Origin: an uncultured Acidobacteriota bacterium | Lineage (GTDB): Bacteria > Acidobacteriota > Thermoanaerobaculia > Gp7-AA8 | Direction: 5' to 3' | NCBI GenBank assembly: GCA_963741955.1 | Contig: CAVUKB010000004.1 | Location: 416,001 to 480,000, forward strand | DNA: 64,000 nt | In this document: positions 1 to 10,337 of the stretch, in pieces | Numbering within the stretch: the first letter of the stretch is position 1 | Layout of the letters: each line of letters opens with the position of its first letter | Program-made: the position numbers and the translations under genes | The notes under the pieces: model-generated | The model's input: only the letters and a program-made list of their open reading frames with translations | Databases searched by the model: none | Told to the model about the DNA's origin: nothing

Positions 1-238
1 GGAAGCGGAGGAGCTGCGCGATCATCGCGTCGAGGACCCGCCGGTGGTACGTTGCCTCGTCTTCATCCGCGTTCTTCGGGATCACGCGGAGGTTGATGAT
101 CTGGTTGACCTCGGAAAGGGTGATCACCTCCTGCTCCACCACCGCCGCGATGCGGTCGATGATCTCCGCCCGCGCGGGGATCGCGGCGACGGAGATGAAG
201 ATGAAGGCGGCCAGAATCGCTGTTGCGCTCTTTCGCAC
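1..238 (-). CDS. SurA N-terminal-domain periplasmic chaperone-like protein (partial, runs off the left edge)
   Basis: Manual translation from GTG at 238: MRKSATAILAAFIFISVAAIPARA-EIIDRIAAVVEQEVITLSEV. This is a signal peptide followed by the DRIAAVV..EVIT.SE motif typical of SurA_N. Not in the ORF track. Confidence 0.7.
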   Translation of the reverse strand, partial: MRKSATAILAAFIFISVAAIPARAEIIDRIAAVVEQEVITLSEVNQIINLRVIPKNADEDEATYHRRVLDAMIAQLLRF

Positions 239-429
239 GTCTCTATTGTACCGTCGGGGGCGGCGTCATCTGCGAGCTCCCGTCGCTTTCGTGAACCTGC
301 GCTTCGAATACCTGCCGCCGCAGCCGGCCGGGCCACGCCGCAGACTCCGAGACTGCTGCAAATTTCGATCACAGCGGACTTTACACTTCGGAACGGCGGG
401 AATCATCGGGCGTGGCGTTCCGGTTCTTC

Positions 430-458
430 TTGACACCAGACGTCTATATTTTTAGATT
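430..458 (+). promoter_or_regulatory. sigma70 promoter of the hrcA operon
   Basis: TTGACA (430-435), 17-bp spacer, TAGATT (453-458). Confidence 0.8.
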
Positions 459-483
459 AGCACTCGAGCACGAGGAGTGCTAA
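457..483. promoter_or_regulatory. CIRCE element (HrcA operator)
   Basis: Perfect TTAGCACTC-N9-GAGTGCTAA directly upstream of hrcA. Confidence 0.97.
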
Positions 484-488
484 GACCG

Positions 489-1559
489 ATGACAGCCAAA
501 TCCCCGAATCAGGACGAAGTTCTCGAAGGCCGCTGGCGTGAGGTCATGCGGGAGATCGTGCTGCAGTTCATCGCCCACGGCGAGCCGGTCAGCTCCCGTT
601 CGCTCTCGAAATCCGGCCGCTTCAACCTCTCGCCCGCGTCGCTTCGCAACGTGATGGCGGACCTCGAGGATCTCGGCTTCGTCCAGCAGCCGCACACCTC
701 CGCAGGCCGCATCCCGACCGATCGCGGCTACCGCTTCTTCATCGACCACCTGATGCGCTCGCACCGGCTCCAGCAGGTGGAGCGATCCGCGATCGAGGAA
801 GGGATGGCGAGCGCGACGGAGCTCGACCACGTGATGCACATCGCGTCGAAGGTGCTTTCGCAGCTGAGCGATCAGGTGGGGCTCGCATTCATTCCGACTC
901 TCCACCAGCTCTCGATGCGGAGCATCGACTTCATCCCCGTCGCCGAGCGGAAGATCATGTGCGTCGTAGTCGGAACCGACGGGGTAGTGGTGAACAAGAT
1001 CGTCGACACGACCGAGCCCTATTCACGGGAAGAGCTCGAGAGGATCGCACATCAGATCACCGACGATTATCACGGGATGACGCTCTCGGAGATCCGGGAG
1101 AAGCTGCTGGCGGCGATCCGCGAGGAGCGGGCGAAGTTCGACCGTCAGTACGTCCGCACGCTCGAGCTCGGCGTCGGCGCCGTGGAAGGGGTCATGCCGC
1201 ACGAGCAGGAGCTGGTGCTCGAAGGAGCCTCGTCGATCTTCAACAAGCCCGAGTTCTCGGACGTCGATGCAATGCGGAAAGCGATGCTCGCGTTTCAGGA
1301 AAAGGAGAAACTCGTTGCGATTCTCAATCGCTGCCTGAACGAGGATGGTCTCCGGATCTTCGTCGGTTCGGAGTCTCCCTACACGCAGGACTACAATTTC
1401 AGTATCGTGGCGACGCGCTACGGTTCCGGCAGAGTGCCGCTCGGGCTGGTCGGAGTCATCGGGCCGACCCGGATGGAATACGCGCGCGTCTCGACGATCG
1501 TCGACTACCTGGCGCAGGTCATGACCAGGAGAATCGAAGAAGCACAGGAGAATGGGTAA
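489..1559 (+). CDS. hrcA: heat-inducible transcriptional repressor HrcA
   Basis: PVSSRSL, SPASLRNVMADLE, PHTSAGRIPTDRGYR and GVIGPTRMEY motifs. ATG at 489 follows GAGGAG; upstream of grpE. Confidence 0.96.
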   Translation: MTAKSPNQDEVLEGRWREVMREIVLQFIAHGEPVSSRSLSKSGRFNLSPASLRNVMADLEDLGFVQQPHTSAGRIPTDRGYRFFIDHLMRSHRLQQVERSAIEEGMASATELDHVMHIASKVLSQLSDQVGLAFIPTLHQLSMRSIDFIPVAERKIMCVVVGTDGVVVNKIVDTTEPYSREELERIAHQITDDYHGMTLSEIREKLLAAIREERAKFDRQYVRTLELGVGAVEGVMPHEQELVLEGASSIFNKPEFSDVDAMRKAMLAFQEKEKLVAILNRCLNEDGLRIFVGSESPYTQDYNFSIVATRYGSGRVPLGLVGVIGPTRMEYARVSTIVDYLAQVMTRRIEEAQENG

Positions 1560-2183
1560 GTGAGTGACGAGAACGACCGCCCCGAAGAGCAGGACGAGGA
1601 CGTCTATTTCATCGATGGCGACGACTCCTCCCTGCAGGAAGCTTACGACCAGGCTTTGAAGAGCTCACCCGAAGAGGACGAAGCATCGACCGGTCCCGCC
1701 GTCGAGACGGACCCCGGCTCCGCCACAGAGGTCGAGCAGCTCAGGAATCAGCTGCTCCGCTCCCGGGCGGATTTCGATAATTTCCGCAAACGGATGGAGC
1801 GCGAGAAGGGGGAGTACCGCAAGTACGCCCTCTCCGAGCTGATCCGGCAGATCCTCCCGGTGATCGACAACTTCGAGCGCGCCCTTTCCTCTCCCCACTC
1901 CGAGGGAGAAGAATTCCGAAAAGGCGTAGAATTGATTTACAAGCAACTCCTGGACGTGCTGAAGCGGGAAGGAGTCCGGCCTGTCGAAGAGGCTCCCGTC
2001 CCGTTCGATCCGACTTTTCACGAAGCGATCACACGGGAAGAGAACACCGGCTTCGAGCCGCACACGGTCATCGACGTGCTCCAGAAAGGATACTTCCTGC
2101 ATGACCGGTTGCTGCGCCCGGCGATGGTCCGGGTGGCAGTGGACAGTGAGCCGGCCGGAAGCCAGAACGAGAACGCGGAGTAA
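1560..2183 (+). CDS. grpE: nucleotide exchange factor GrpE
   Basis: ADFDNFRKR, LPVIDNFERAL, FDPTFHEA and QKGY..DRLLRPAMV motifs. Confidence 0.96.
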   Translation: MSDENDRPEEQDEDVYFIDGDDSSLQEAYDQALKSSPEEDEASTGPAVETDPGSATEVEQLRNQLLRSRADFDNFRKRMEREKGEYRKYALSELIRQILPVIDNFERALSSPHSEGEEFRKGVELIYKQLLDVLKREGVRPVEEAPVPFDPTFHEAITREENTGFEPHTVIDVLQKGYFLHDRLLRPAMVRVAVDSEPAGSQNENAE

Positions 2184-2207
2184 GCGCCGCACCAACGGAA
2201 CTCGGGC

Positions 2208-4052
<1,845 letters not shown>

Positions 4053-4142
4053 TCCTTTTTTCTTCGAGCCGATCGGCGTCCGGCGAAGCCGGAGTCGCTC
4101 CTCATCATCGATAACGCCCTGAACCCGGAGGTCGAAACCGAA

Positions 4143-5267
4143 GTGGCTATGGCAGGTACCCAGAAACGAGATTACTACGAGGTCCTCAGCGTCGAGCGCA
4201 GCGCGTCTGTCGAAGAGATCAAGAAGTCCTACCGCAAGCTGGCGATCCAGTATCACCCCGACAAGAACCCGGGCGACGCGACCGCGGAAGAGAGATTCAA
4301 GGAAGCCGCGGAAGCCTATGCGGTTCTCTCCGACAGCGAGAAGAGGGCGCGCTACGATCGATTCGGACATCAGGGGATGAACGGCGCCGCCGGCTTCGAT
4401 CCCTCCCAGTTCGTCGACTTCTCGGATATCCTCGGGGACCTTTTCGGCTTCGGCGATTTCTTCGGCGGCGGTGGCCGGCGTCGCGCGAACCGCCCCGCCC
4501 GGGGTGCCGACCTCCGCTACGACATGCGGCTCACGTTCGAAGAGGCGATCCGCGGAACCGACTCCGAGATCCGGATCGCACGCGCCGCCGCTTGCGGCAC
4601 CTGCAGCGGTTCGGGCGCCAAGCCGGGAACTTCGCCCACCGCATGCAACACGTGCGGCGGCCGGGGTCAGGTCCGCTTCAGCCAGGGATTCTTCGCCGTG
4701 GCGCGCACCTGTCCGAGTTGTGGAGGAACGGGGCGGATGATCTCCGATCCCTGCCCCTCGTGCAGCGGGACGGGGCGAGTCCACGAAGAGAAGAAGCTCT
4801 CGGTCAAAGTTCCCGCCGGTGTCGACGACGGCACCCGTCTCCGCGTTGCCGGCGAAGGTGAAGCGGGATGGAACGGCGGTCCTCCCGGGGATCTCTACGT
4901 CTTCATCTCCGTCGAGGAGGACGACCACTTTGTGCGGCGCGACTACGACATCCACGTCGAGCTTCCGCTCACGTACACCCAGGTGGCGCTCGGCACCGAG
5001 ATCATGGTGAAGACCATCCACGGCGAGGAGAAGCTGAAGGTCCCCGCCGCAACGCAGCCCGACCGCGTCTTCCGCTTCAAAGGGAAAGGCGTGCCATTCG
5101 TCGACGGATCGGGTCGCGGCGACCACTTCGTCCACGTCAAGCTCCATGTCCCGGGAAACCTCTCCGCGCGTCAGCGCGAGCTGCTCGAAGAGCTCGCGAC
5201 GCTGGAGGGAGAAGCTCCGGGAGAGCGGGGCGTCTTCGACAAGATGAAGGGTTTCTTCCACGGCTGA
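4143..5267 (+). CDS. dnaJ: chaperone DnaJ (class A)
   Basis: J-domain HPD, G/F-rich region, four CxxCxGxG zinc motifs. The start could alternatively be ATG 4149. Confidence 0.96.
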   Translation: MAMAGTQKRDYYEVLSVERSASVEEIKKSYRKLAIQYHPDKNPGDATAEERFKEAAEAYAVLSDSEKRARYDRFGHQGMNGAAGFDPSQFVDFSDILGDLFGFGDFFGGGGRRRANRPARGADLRYDMRLTFEEAIRGTDSEIRIARAAACGTCSGSGAKPGTSPTACNTCGGRGQVRFSQGFFAVARTCPSCGGTGRMISDPCPSCSGTGRVHEEKKLSVKVPAGVDDGTRLRVAGEGEAGWNGGPPGDLYVFISVEEDDHFVRRDYDIHVELPLTYTQVALGTEIMVKTIHGEEKLKVPAATQPDRVFRFKGKGVPFVDGSGRGDHFVHVKLHVPGNLSARQRELLEELATLEGEAPGERGVFDKMKGFFHG

Positions 5268-5288
5268 CACGGAAGGAGCCGCACTCCG

Positions 5289-6161
5289 ATGACCGATCAC
5301 GTTCTGGAGATCGTCTGGGCCGCGTCGCGGACGGACCTCGGCGAGCGGATCGAAGCAGAGCTCTACCTCTTCTCGCCGGGCGGCTGGGCGATGGAGGAGG
5401 AAGGGCCGATGATGGTCGCCCGGGCCTGGTTCGCCGGGGCAGAGGAGCGATCACGCGTCGCAGACGCCCTCGGCGCGATCGAGGGAGTGGCGGTGGACGC
5501 GATCGAGCGCCGCACGATCGACTGGCTCGAGCATTACCAGCAGTCGCTCCACGCGCTGACCATCGGGACGCGATGGATCGTCGCACCCGACGCCGCGCTG
5601 GTGGGGGAGAGTGATCGGATTCCGCTGATCGTTCCGCAGGAGCGGGCGTTCGGGACGGGTTCGCACGAGAGCACCGCGCTCTGTCTGGAGATGCTCGAAG
5701 AGCTGCCGCTGGAAGGGCGGGAAGGACTCGACATCGGAACGGGAAGCGGAATACTCGCCATCGCGATGGTCAAGCTCGGCGCGCGGCACGTCGTTGCATT
5801 CGACAACGACACGGAGACGATCGACATCGTCGGACCGAACCTCGCGCGCAACGGCATCCCGGGCGATCACATCGGCTTCTTCGTCGGCGCGCCGGAATCG
5901 ATTCGGGCGCGGGAGTTCGCGCTGGTGACCATGAACATCCTCCCGGAAGTGATCGTGCCGCTGCTGCCGCAGGTGCGGTCGTTTCTGGGGCCGGACGGAA
6001 ACCTGATCGTCAGTGGAATCCTCCACTCCAGACGCGAGGACATCCTCTCCGCCGCAAGCGCTGAAGCCCTGACCCTCGCGAGCGAGTCGACCCGCGGCGA
6101 ATGGTGGTGCGGCCTCCTCCGGAACGATGAAGCCCGGTTGGCCGTCCCTCCGGAACGATGA
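5289..6161 (+). CDS. prmA: ribosomal protein L11 methyltransferase
   Basis: AFGTGSHEST, LDIGTGSGILAI and MNIL motifs; canonical position after dnaJ. Confidence 0.9.
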   Translation: MTDHVLEIVWAASRTDLGERIEAELYLFSPGGWAMEEEGPMMVARAWFAGAEERSRVADALGAIEGVAVDAIERRTIDWLEHYQQSLHALTIGTRWIVAPDAALVGESDRIPLIVPQERAFGTGSHESTALCLEMLEELPLEGREGLDIGTGSGILAIAMVKLGARHVVAFDNDTETIDIVGPNLARNGIPGDHIGFFVGAPESIRAREFALVTMNILPEVIVPLLPQVRSFLGPDGNLIVSGILHSRREDILSAASAEALTLASESTRGEWWCGLLRNDEARLAVPPER

Positions 6162-6162
6162 G

Positions 6163-6303
6163 GCCAGGTGGGTCGTTCCTACGGGACGATGAAGGGCGGC
6201 GTCCCGCGCCGGCCTTCTCTTTGCAACTCACGTATCCCGCCCCCCCGCGAGCCGACCTGTCCATGAATAGCGAAGCCTCATCGCCGTCATAGACCCACCT
6301 GGC
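6163..6303. repeat. solo degenerate REP/REPIN-like unit related to the 13.7-15.4 kb array
   Basis: 12-bp terminal inverted repeat GCCAGGTGGGTC / GACCCACCTGGC. Internal GATGAAGGGCGGCGTCCCGCGCCGGCC matches hairpin 2 of the array unit. Confidence 0.65.
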
Positions 6304-6519
6304 GAGGTACAATCACCTTGAATGGGTCTCCGTCCGTCTCTGTTCGGACAGCGAAGAGGACGGGTCCCTCCGGCGATGCCCGGGAGCCGAGTGGATTGGG
6401 AGCGGAAAGACTCGGAGATCGAACAGTGGGAACAGCGGCCCTGCCGCGACTCGCGCGTTGCGATTTTCGAAACAGGACCGAGGCGGTGCAACGTCCGGTT
6501 CGTGAGGTGGCCTGTGTTG

Positions 6520-7170
6520 ATGAAAGTCCTGATCGTACTCGCAATGGCGCTCAACTTTTCGCCGACTCTGCTCGGCGCGTGCGCGCCCCGCAAGATGCTG
6601 CGGATCGTCACGCAAAACGAATCTCCTGACCTCGTACCGGGAAGCTTCGGCGCTCTCCCGAAGACGATCTACCGGCTGGGCAACCGTTATGCCCGAATCG
6701 AAGAGCAGCCGGATCGTGCTGCAGGACTCCATCAGCTGATCGTCGTCAATACACCGGACACCTGGGTTGTGAACCTCACAGATCGTACCGCGCGTCACTT
6801 CGTGGATGCCGATCCCGAAGGTGACCTGTCGGTATTGCTCTTTCCGCCGGGAACATTCGGCGAAACGTTCCCGAACGAGCTGGAGCGGATCGAGATCGGT
6901 TGCGAGGTCGCTTTCTTCGATTCCCACGGGAGTCCGAAGACGGTGCTGAAGACCGAGAACGGCACGAAGATCACGCAAGCAGTCGGGCTGACCGGTTGGC
7001 GTCTCGTGCTGGTGCGGGACCGTGAGAGCGGTCCTCCTGTTCTTCTTTTCGTGTTCGAAGGCGACGAGATCGTGTCGGCGATCCGGTATCTCACGTGGGA
7101 AGAGCTCGAACCTGACGAGAAGCTGTTCTCCAGGCCGAAAGACGTCACGATCACGGCGCCCGCCGACTGA
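6520..7170 (+). CDS. secreted hypothetical protein
   Basis: ATG at 6520 after GAGG. N-terminus MKVLIVLAMALNFSPTLLGAC is a signal peptide or possible lipobox; the rest is beta-rich. Confidence 0.65.
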   Translation: MKVLIVLAMALNFSPTLLGACAPRKMLRIVTQNESPDLVPGSFGALPKTIYRLGNRYARIEEQPDRAAGLHQLIVVNTPDTWVVNLTDRTARHFVDADPEGDLSVLLFPPGTFGETFPNELERIEIGCEVAFFDSHGSPKTVLKTENGTKITQAVGLTGWRLVLVRDRESGPPVLLFVFEGDEIVSAIRYLTWEELEPDEKLFSRPKDVTITAPAD

Positions 7171-7455
7171 CTCGGCAGTCCAGCCAACGGAGCCCGCAGA
7201 AGAGTCGCGTCGATCAACAGTGTCAGGCTCTCGAGCTTCCAGCTCTCACCGACGATCGAGGATGCCTCGAACGCGTGCGTCAGCTCAACCGTTACGCGCT
7301 TCGAAGATCGAGAGCGCGGAATCTCTTCGGAATCGATCGGTTCGCGGTCTTCATCTCGAACGCTTCCTGCTGTATTCTTGGACCAACCCCGCTCTGTTGC
7401 TCGATTACTGAGCTCAACGACTATTTGGCCGGCAAGGGCCATACCGGGAGGTCGC

Positions 7456-8067
7456 ATGAGCCTTTTCTACAAGTTCCAGTATCTCGTCGGCATGAAACCG
7501 TGGGAGCGGATGCCGTCACTTCCCATTGGGGAGCAGGCCGTCGCGTTTCTCGATCAGGAGGAGAGCGGCCGAGAACCTCCTTACGGTCGCGCGCTCGATC
7601 TCGGATGCGGCACCGGGTTCTGGTCGGTTCGCCTGGCTCGACGCGGGTGGGACGTAACCGGTGTCGACATCGTACCGAAGGCAGTGCGCAGCGCGCGCGA
7701 GCGCGCACGCTCGGCCGGCGTGGATAGTCGATTCTACGAAGGGAGCATCACGGCGCTCACGGACGCAGGCGTTGGTTCGGGATTTCGCCTCATTCTCGAC
7801 TTCGGTGTCGTACATGGCCTCTCTCCCGAGGACGTGCGGGCGGTGAGCCGCGAGGTTACGGCAGTGGCCTCCGAGGACGCCACGCTCCTGATGTATGCGT
7901 TCTCACCGGGGCGGCGAGGACCGCTGCCGCGAGGGATCAGTCGGGAAGAGGTCGAACGGGCGTATGAGGAATGGGCGATCACCGACGACGAACCATTCCT
8001 TTTGACCGGAGCGCCCCGGTTCGTGCAGAAGGCACATCCTCACTTCTACCGCCTTCGCCGCAGATGA
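7456..8067 (+). CDS. class I SAM-dependent methyltransferase
   Basis: ALDLGCGTG and VTGVDI motifs; GGAGG RBS before ATG 7456. Confidence 0.88.
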   Translation: MSLFYKFQYLVGMKPWERMPSLPIGEQAVAFLDQEESGREPPYGRALDLGCGTGFWSVRLARRGWDVTGVDIVPKAVRSARERARSAGVDSRFYEGSITALTDAGVGSGFRLILDFGVVHGLSPEDVRAVSREVTAVASEDATLLMYAFSPGRRGPLPRGISREEVERAYEEWAITDDEPFLLTGAPRFVQKAHPHFYRLRRR

Positions 8068-8180
8068 TCGTGATGGGCCAGTCGCCGGCGGTTTCCATAG
8101 CGCGCCGGCGTCGTGGTCACTCCGGCCGGCTGAGGCAAACTGTGATGCCGCCCATTGGCTGACAACGGTGAGAACCAGTT

Positions 8181-8747
8181 ATGAACGCGACACGGCAGAT
8201 CCTATTCGTTCAGGGAGGTGGCAAGGGCGTCCACGACGAGTGGGATCAGAGACTCGTCGAGAGTCTCCGCCGGGAGCTTGGACCGGACTGCGAGATCCGC
8301 TATCCGCGAATGCCGAACGAAGACGATCCGAACTATGCCTCGTGGAAGACGGCGCTGGAAAGAGAGTTTGCGGAGCTCGGTGATGGTGCAATTCTCGTGG
8401 GCCACTCGGTCGGCGGAACGATTCTGCTCAAAGTGCTCACCGAGCATTGGTCGGGCCGGGAGCTCGGCGCGATCGTTCTGATCGCGACACCGTTCGTCGG
8501 CGATGGGGGCTGGCCAGCCGATGATCTGCAGTTCCCGTCCGACCTTGGTGGGCACCTTCCGGACGGCGTTCCGATTCATTTCTTTCAAGGACTCGACGAC
8601 GGGGTGGTGCCACCATCGCATGTCGAGCTCTACGCGCGCGCGGTTCCGCAGGCTCGCGTTCATCGCCTCCCGGGCCGCGACCATCAGCTCAATGACGACC
8701 TGAGCGAGGTTGCTGCAGCGATCCTGTCGCTCGAAGCGAGACGCTGA
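8181..8747 (+). CDS. alpha/beta hydrolase (RBBP9/YdeN-like)
   Basis: GHSVGG nucleophile elbow, DDGVVP acid, and GRDH histidine. Confidence 0.85.
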   Translation: MNATRQILFVQGGGKGVHDEWDQRLVESLRRELGPDCEIRYPRMPNEDDPNYASWKTALEREFAELGDGAILVGHSVGGTILLKVLTEHWSGRELGAIVLIATPFVGDGGWPADDLQFPSDLGGHLPDGVPIHFFQGLDDGVVPPSHVELYARAVPQARVHRLPGRDHQLNDDLSEVAAAILSLEARR

Positions 8748-8914
8748 GAAGAATGTGGCCACGCGACTCCCGTCGTGACGCTGCCGATCGATCCGCATCC
8801 GCGTCGGTGTCGGCGAGACGTGGTGTAATCTTTCTGCTCTCGGCGCTCATCGGCGCCCGGCCGGCTCGATCAGTTCCGGTGCAGAACGAGTCTTTGCGGG
8901 AGGTGAAACAATTC

Positions 8915-9259
8915 ATGCAGGTTCAATATCTGGAGATCGTGACGAACGACGTCGATGCGGTCTGTGCGGCCTACACCGCAGCGAGCGGGTTGCGTTTCAC
9001 TGAGCCTGACGTCGGCCTCGGAAACGCAAGAACATCTCTCCTCCCGGCGGGCGGCATGGTGGGTGTCCGGGCGCCAATGCACGAAACGGAAAGCCCCACG
9101 GTCCGTCCGTACTGGCTGGTGCCGGACATCGAGGCGGCGGTCGCCGCAGTGGTCGCGGCCGGCGCGGAGATCGCTCATCCGCCGCTCGAGATCCCCGGTC
9201 GTGGAACATTCGCGATCTACATTCTCGGCGGAGTGCAGCACGGCCTGTGGCAGTTGTAG
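8915..9259 (+). CDS. VOC/glyoxalase family protein
   Basis: YLEIVTNDVDA, PYWLVPDIEAAV and GRGTFAI motifs; GGAGG RBS. Confidence 0.82.
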   Translation: MQVQYLEIVTNDVDAVCAAYTAASGLRFTEPDVGLGNARTSLLPAGGMVGVRAPMHETESPTVRPYWLVPDIEAAVAAVVAAGAEIAHPPLEIPGRGTFAIYILGGVQHGLWQL

Positions 9260-9508
9260 CGACGCGGCCGGCTCCGTGCGGTGATCCGCGCGGCGGATTG
9301 CGAATCCGCACTCCAGGCGGCGGGCCCAGGAGCGCAGACTGCTCGCAACTCGCAACCCACCACCACAGGCTGAACTCGTCAGAGGGCATACCGGTCCGGG
9401 TGTTCGGAACAGGATCTGCACGATCATCAGAGTCATACGACCTCAGTCGTATTCGCCGCTCGAGGCGGTCCGCAGGACAGACGAACGAAAGAGAAGAGGA
9501 AACCCCGC

Positions 9509-9907
9509 ATGAAAGAGATCGCAAATGCCCGGTTTGCCATCAAGAGCTGGAACGAGAGCACTTACAGTGAGGGGGAGGGTCAGCCGAAGCTCACTCGGGC
9601 TACGGTCACCAAGAGCTACACCGGCGATATCGACGGCGAGGCGTCGGTGGAGTACCTGATGATGTATCGCAGCGACGGCTCGGCGACGTTCGTAGGGCTG
9701 GAGCGGGTCAGTGGAAAGATCGGCGGCAAGAGCGGATCGTTCGTGCTCCAACGCACTGGAACATTCGAAGGCGGCGAGGCGAGGGAGTCCTACAGCGTGA
9801 TCCCCGGCTCCGCAACCGGAGATCTGCAGGGCCTCGCGGGCGAGGGGAGCTCCGCCGTCGGTCACGGGGGGGAGCATCCTTTCACTCTCAATTATGAGTT
9901 TGCCTGA
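9509..9907 (+). CDS. DUF3224 domain-containing protein
   Basis: KSYTGDIDGE, GKSGSFVLQ and GSATGDLQGLAGEG patterns. Confidence 0.82.
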   Translation: MKEIANARFAIKSWNESTYSEGEGQPKLTRATVTKSYTGDIDGEASVEYLMMYRSDGSATFVGLERVSGKIGGKSGSFVLQRTGTFEGGEARESYSVIPGSATGDLQGLAGEGSSAVGHGGEHPFTLNYEFA

Positions 9908-10337
9908 CTCTGCAGAAACCTCCTGCCGCGGACGGAGCCGAGTCGGACGCCCCGCGCTCCGCGGCGACGTCCGACTCGGGGGTGCGAATCCTCCGATTCG
10001 CCTCGTAGATCTTGTCGAGTGCGACGAAGACGGCGGCCGCGGCTGAACGCGGAGCGTCGGTGGCGCTGGTGAGCAGCTCCGCTTCTGCCGCGGGGCTGAG
10101 TGATGCTGCGGTCGCTCACGTGCCGTGATCCGCGCCGCGGATTGCGGCGAGAAACGTGATCCCGACGAGGAGCGCAGCACCGGTTCACCAGCTCCTACAA
10201 CGTCCGTGTCCTCGAGCTGCATCGCTCGAAGCGTGCCGGATCCGCAAGCGTTGCAACATTGCCACGAGGAACGCGTATTCGTCGGGTGCGTTGAACTGTC
10301 CAGTCTGGTAGTGTTCGTCTCCTCAGGAGGTCTCGTC

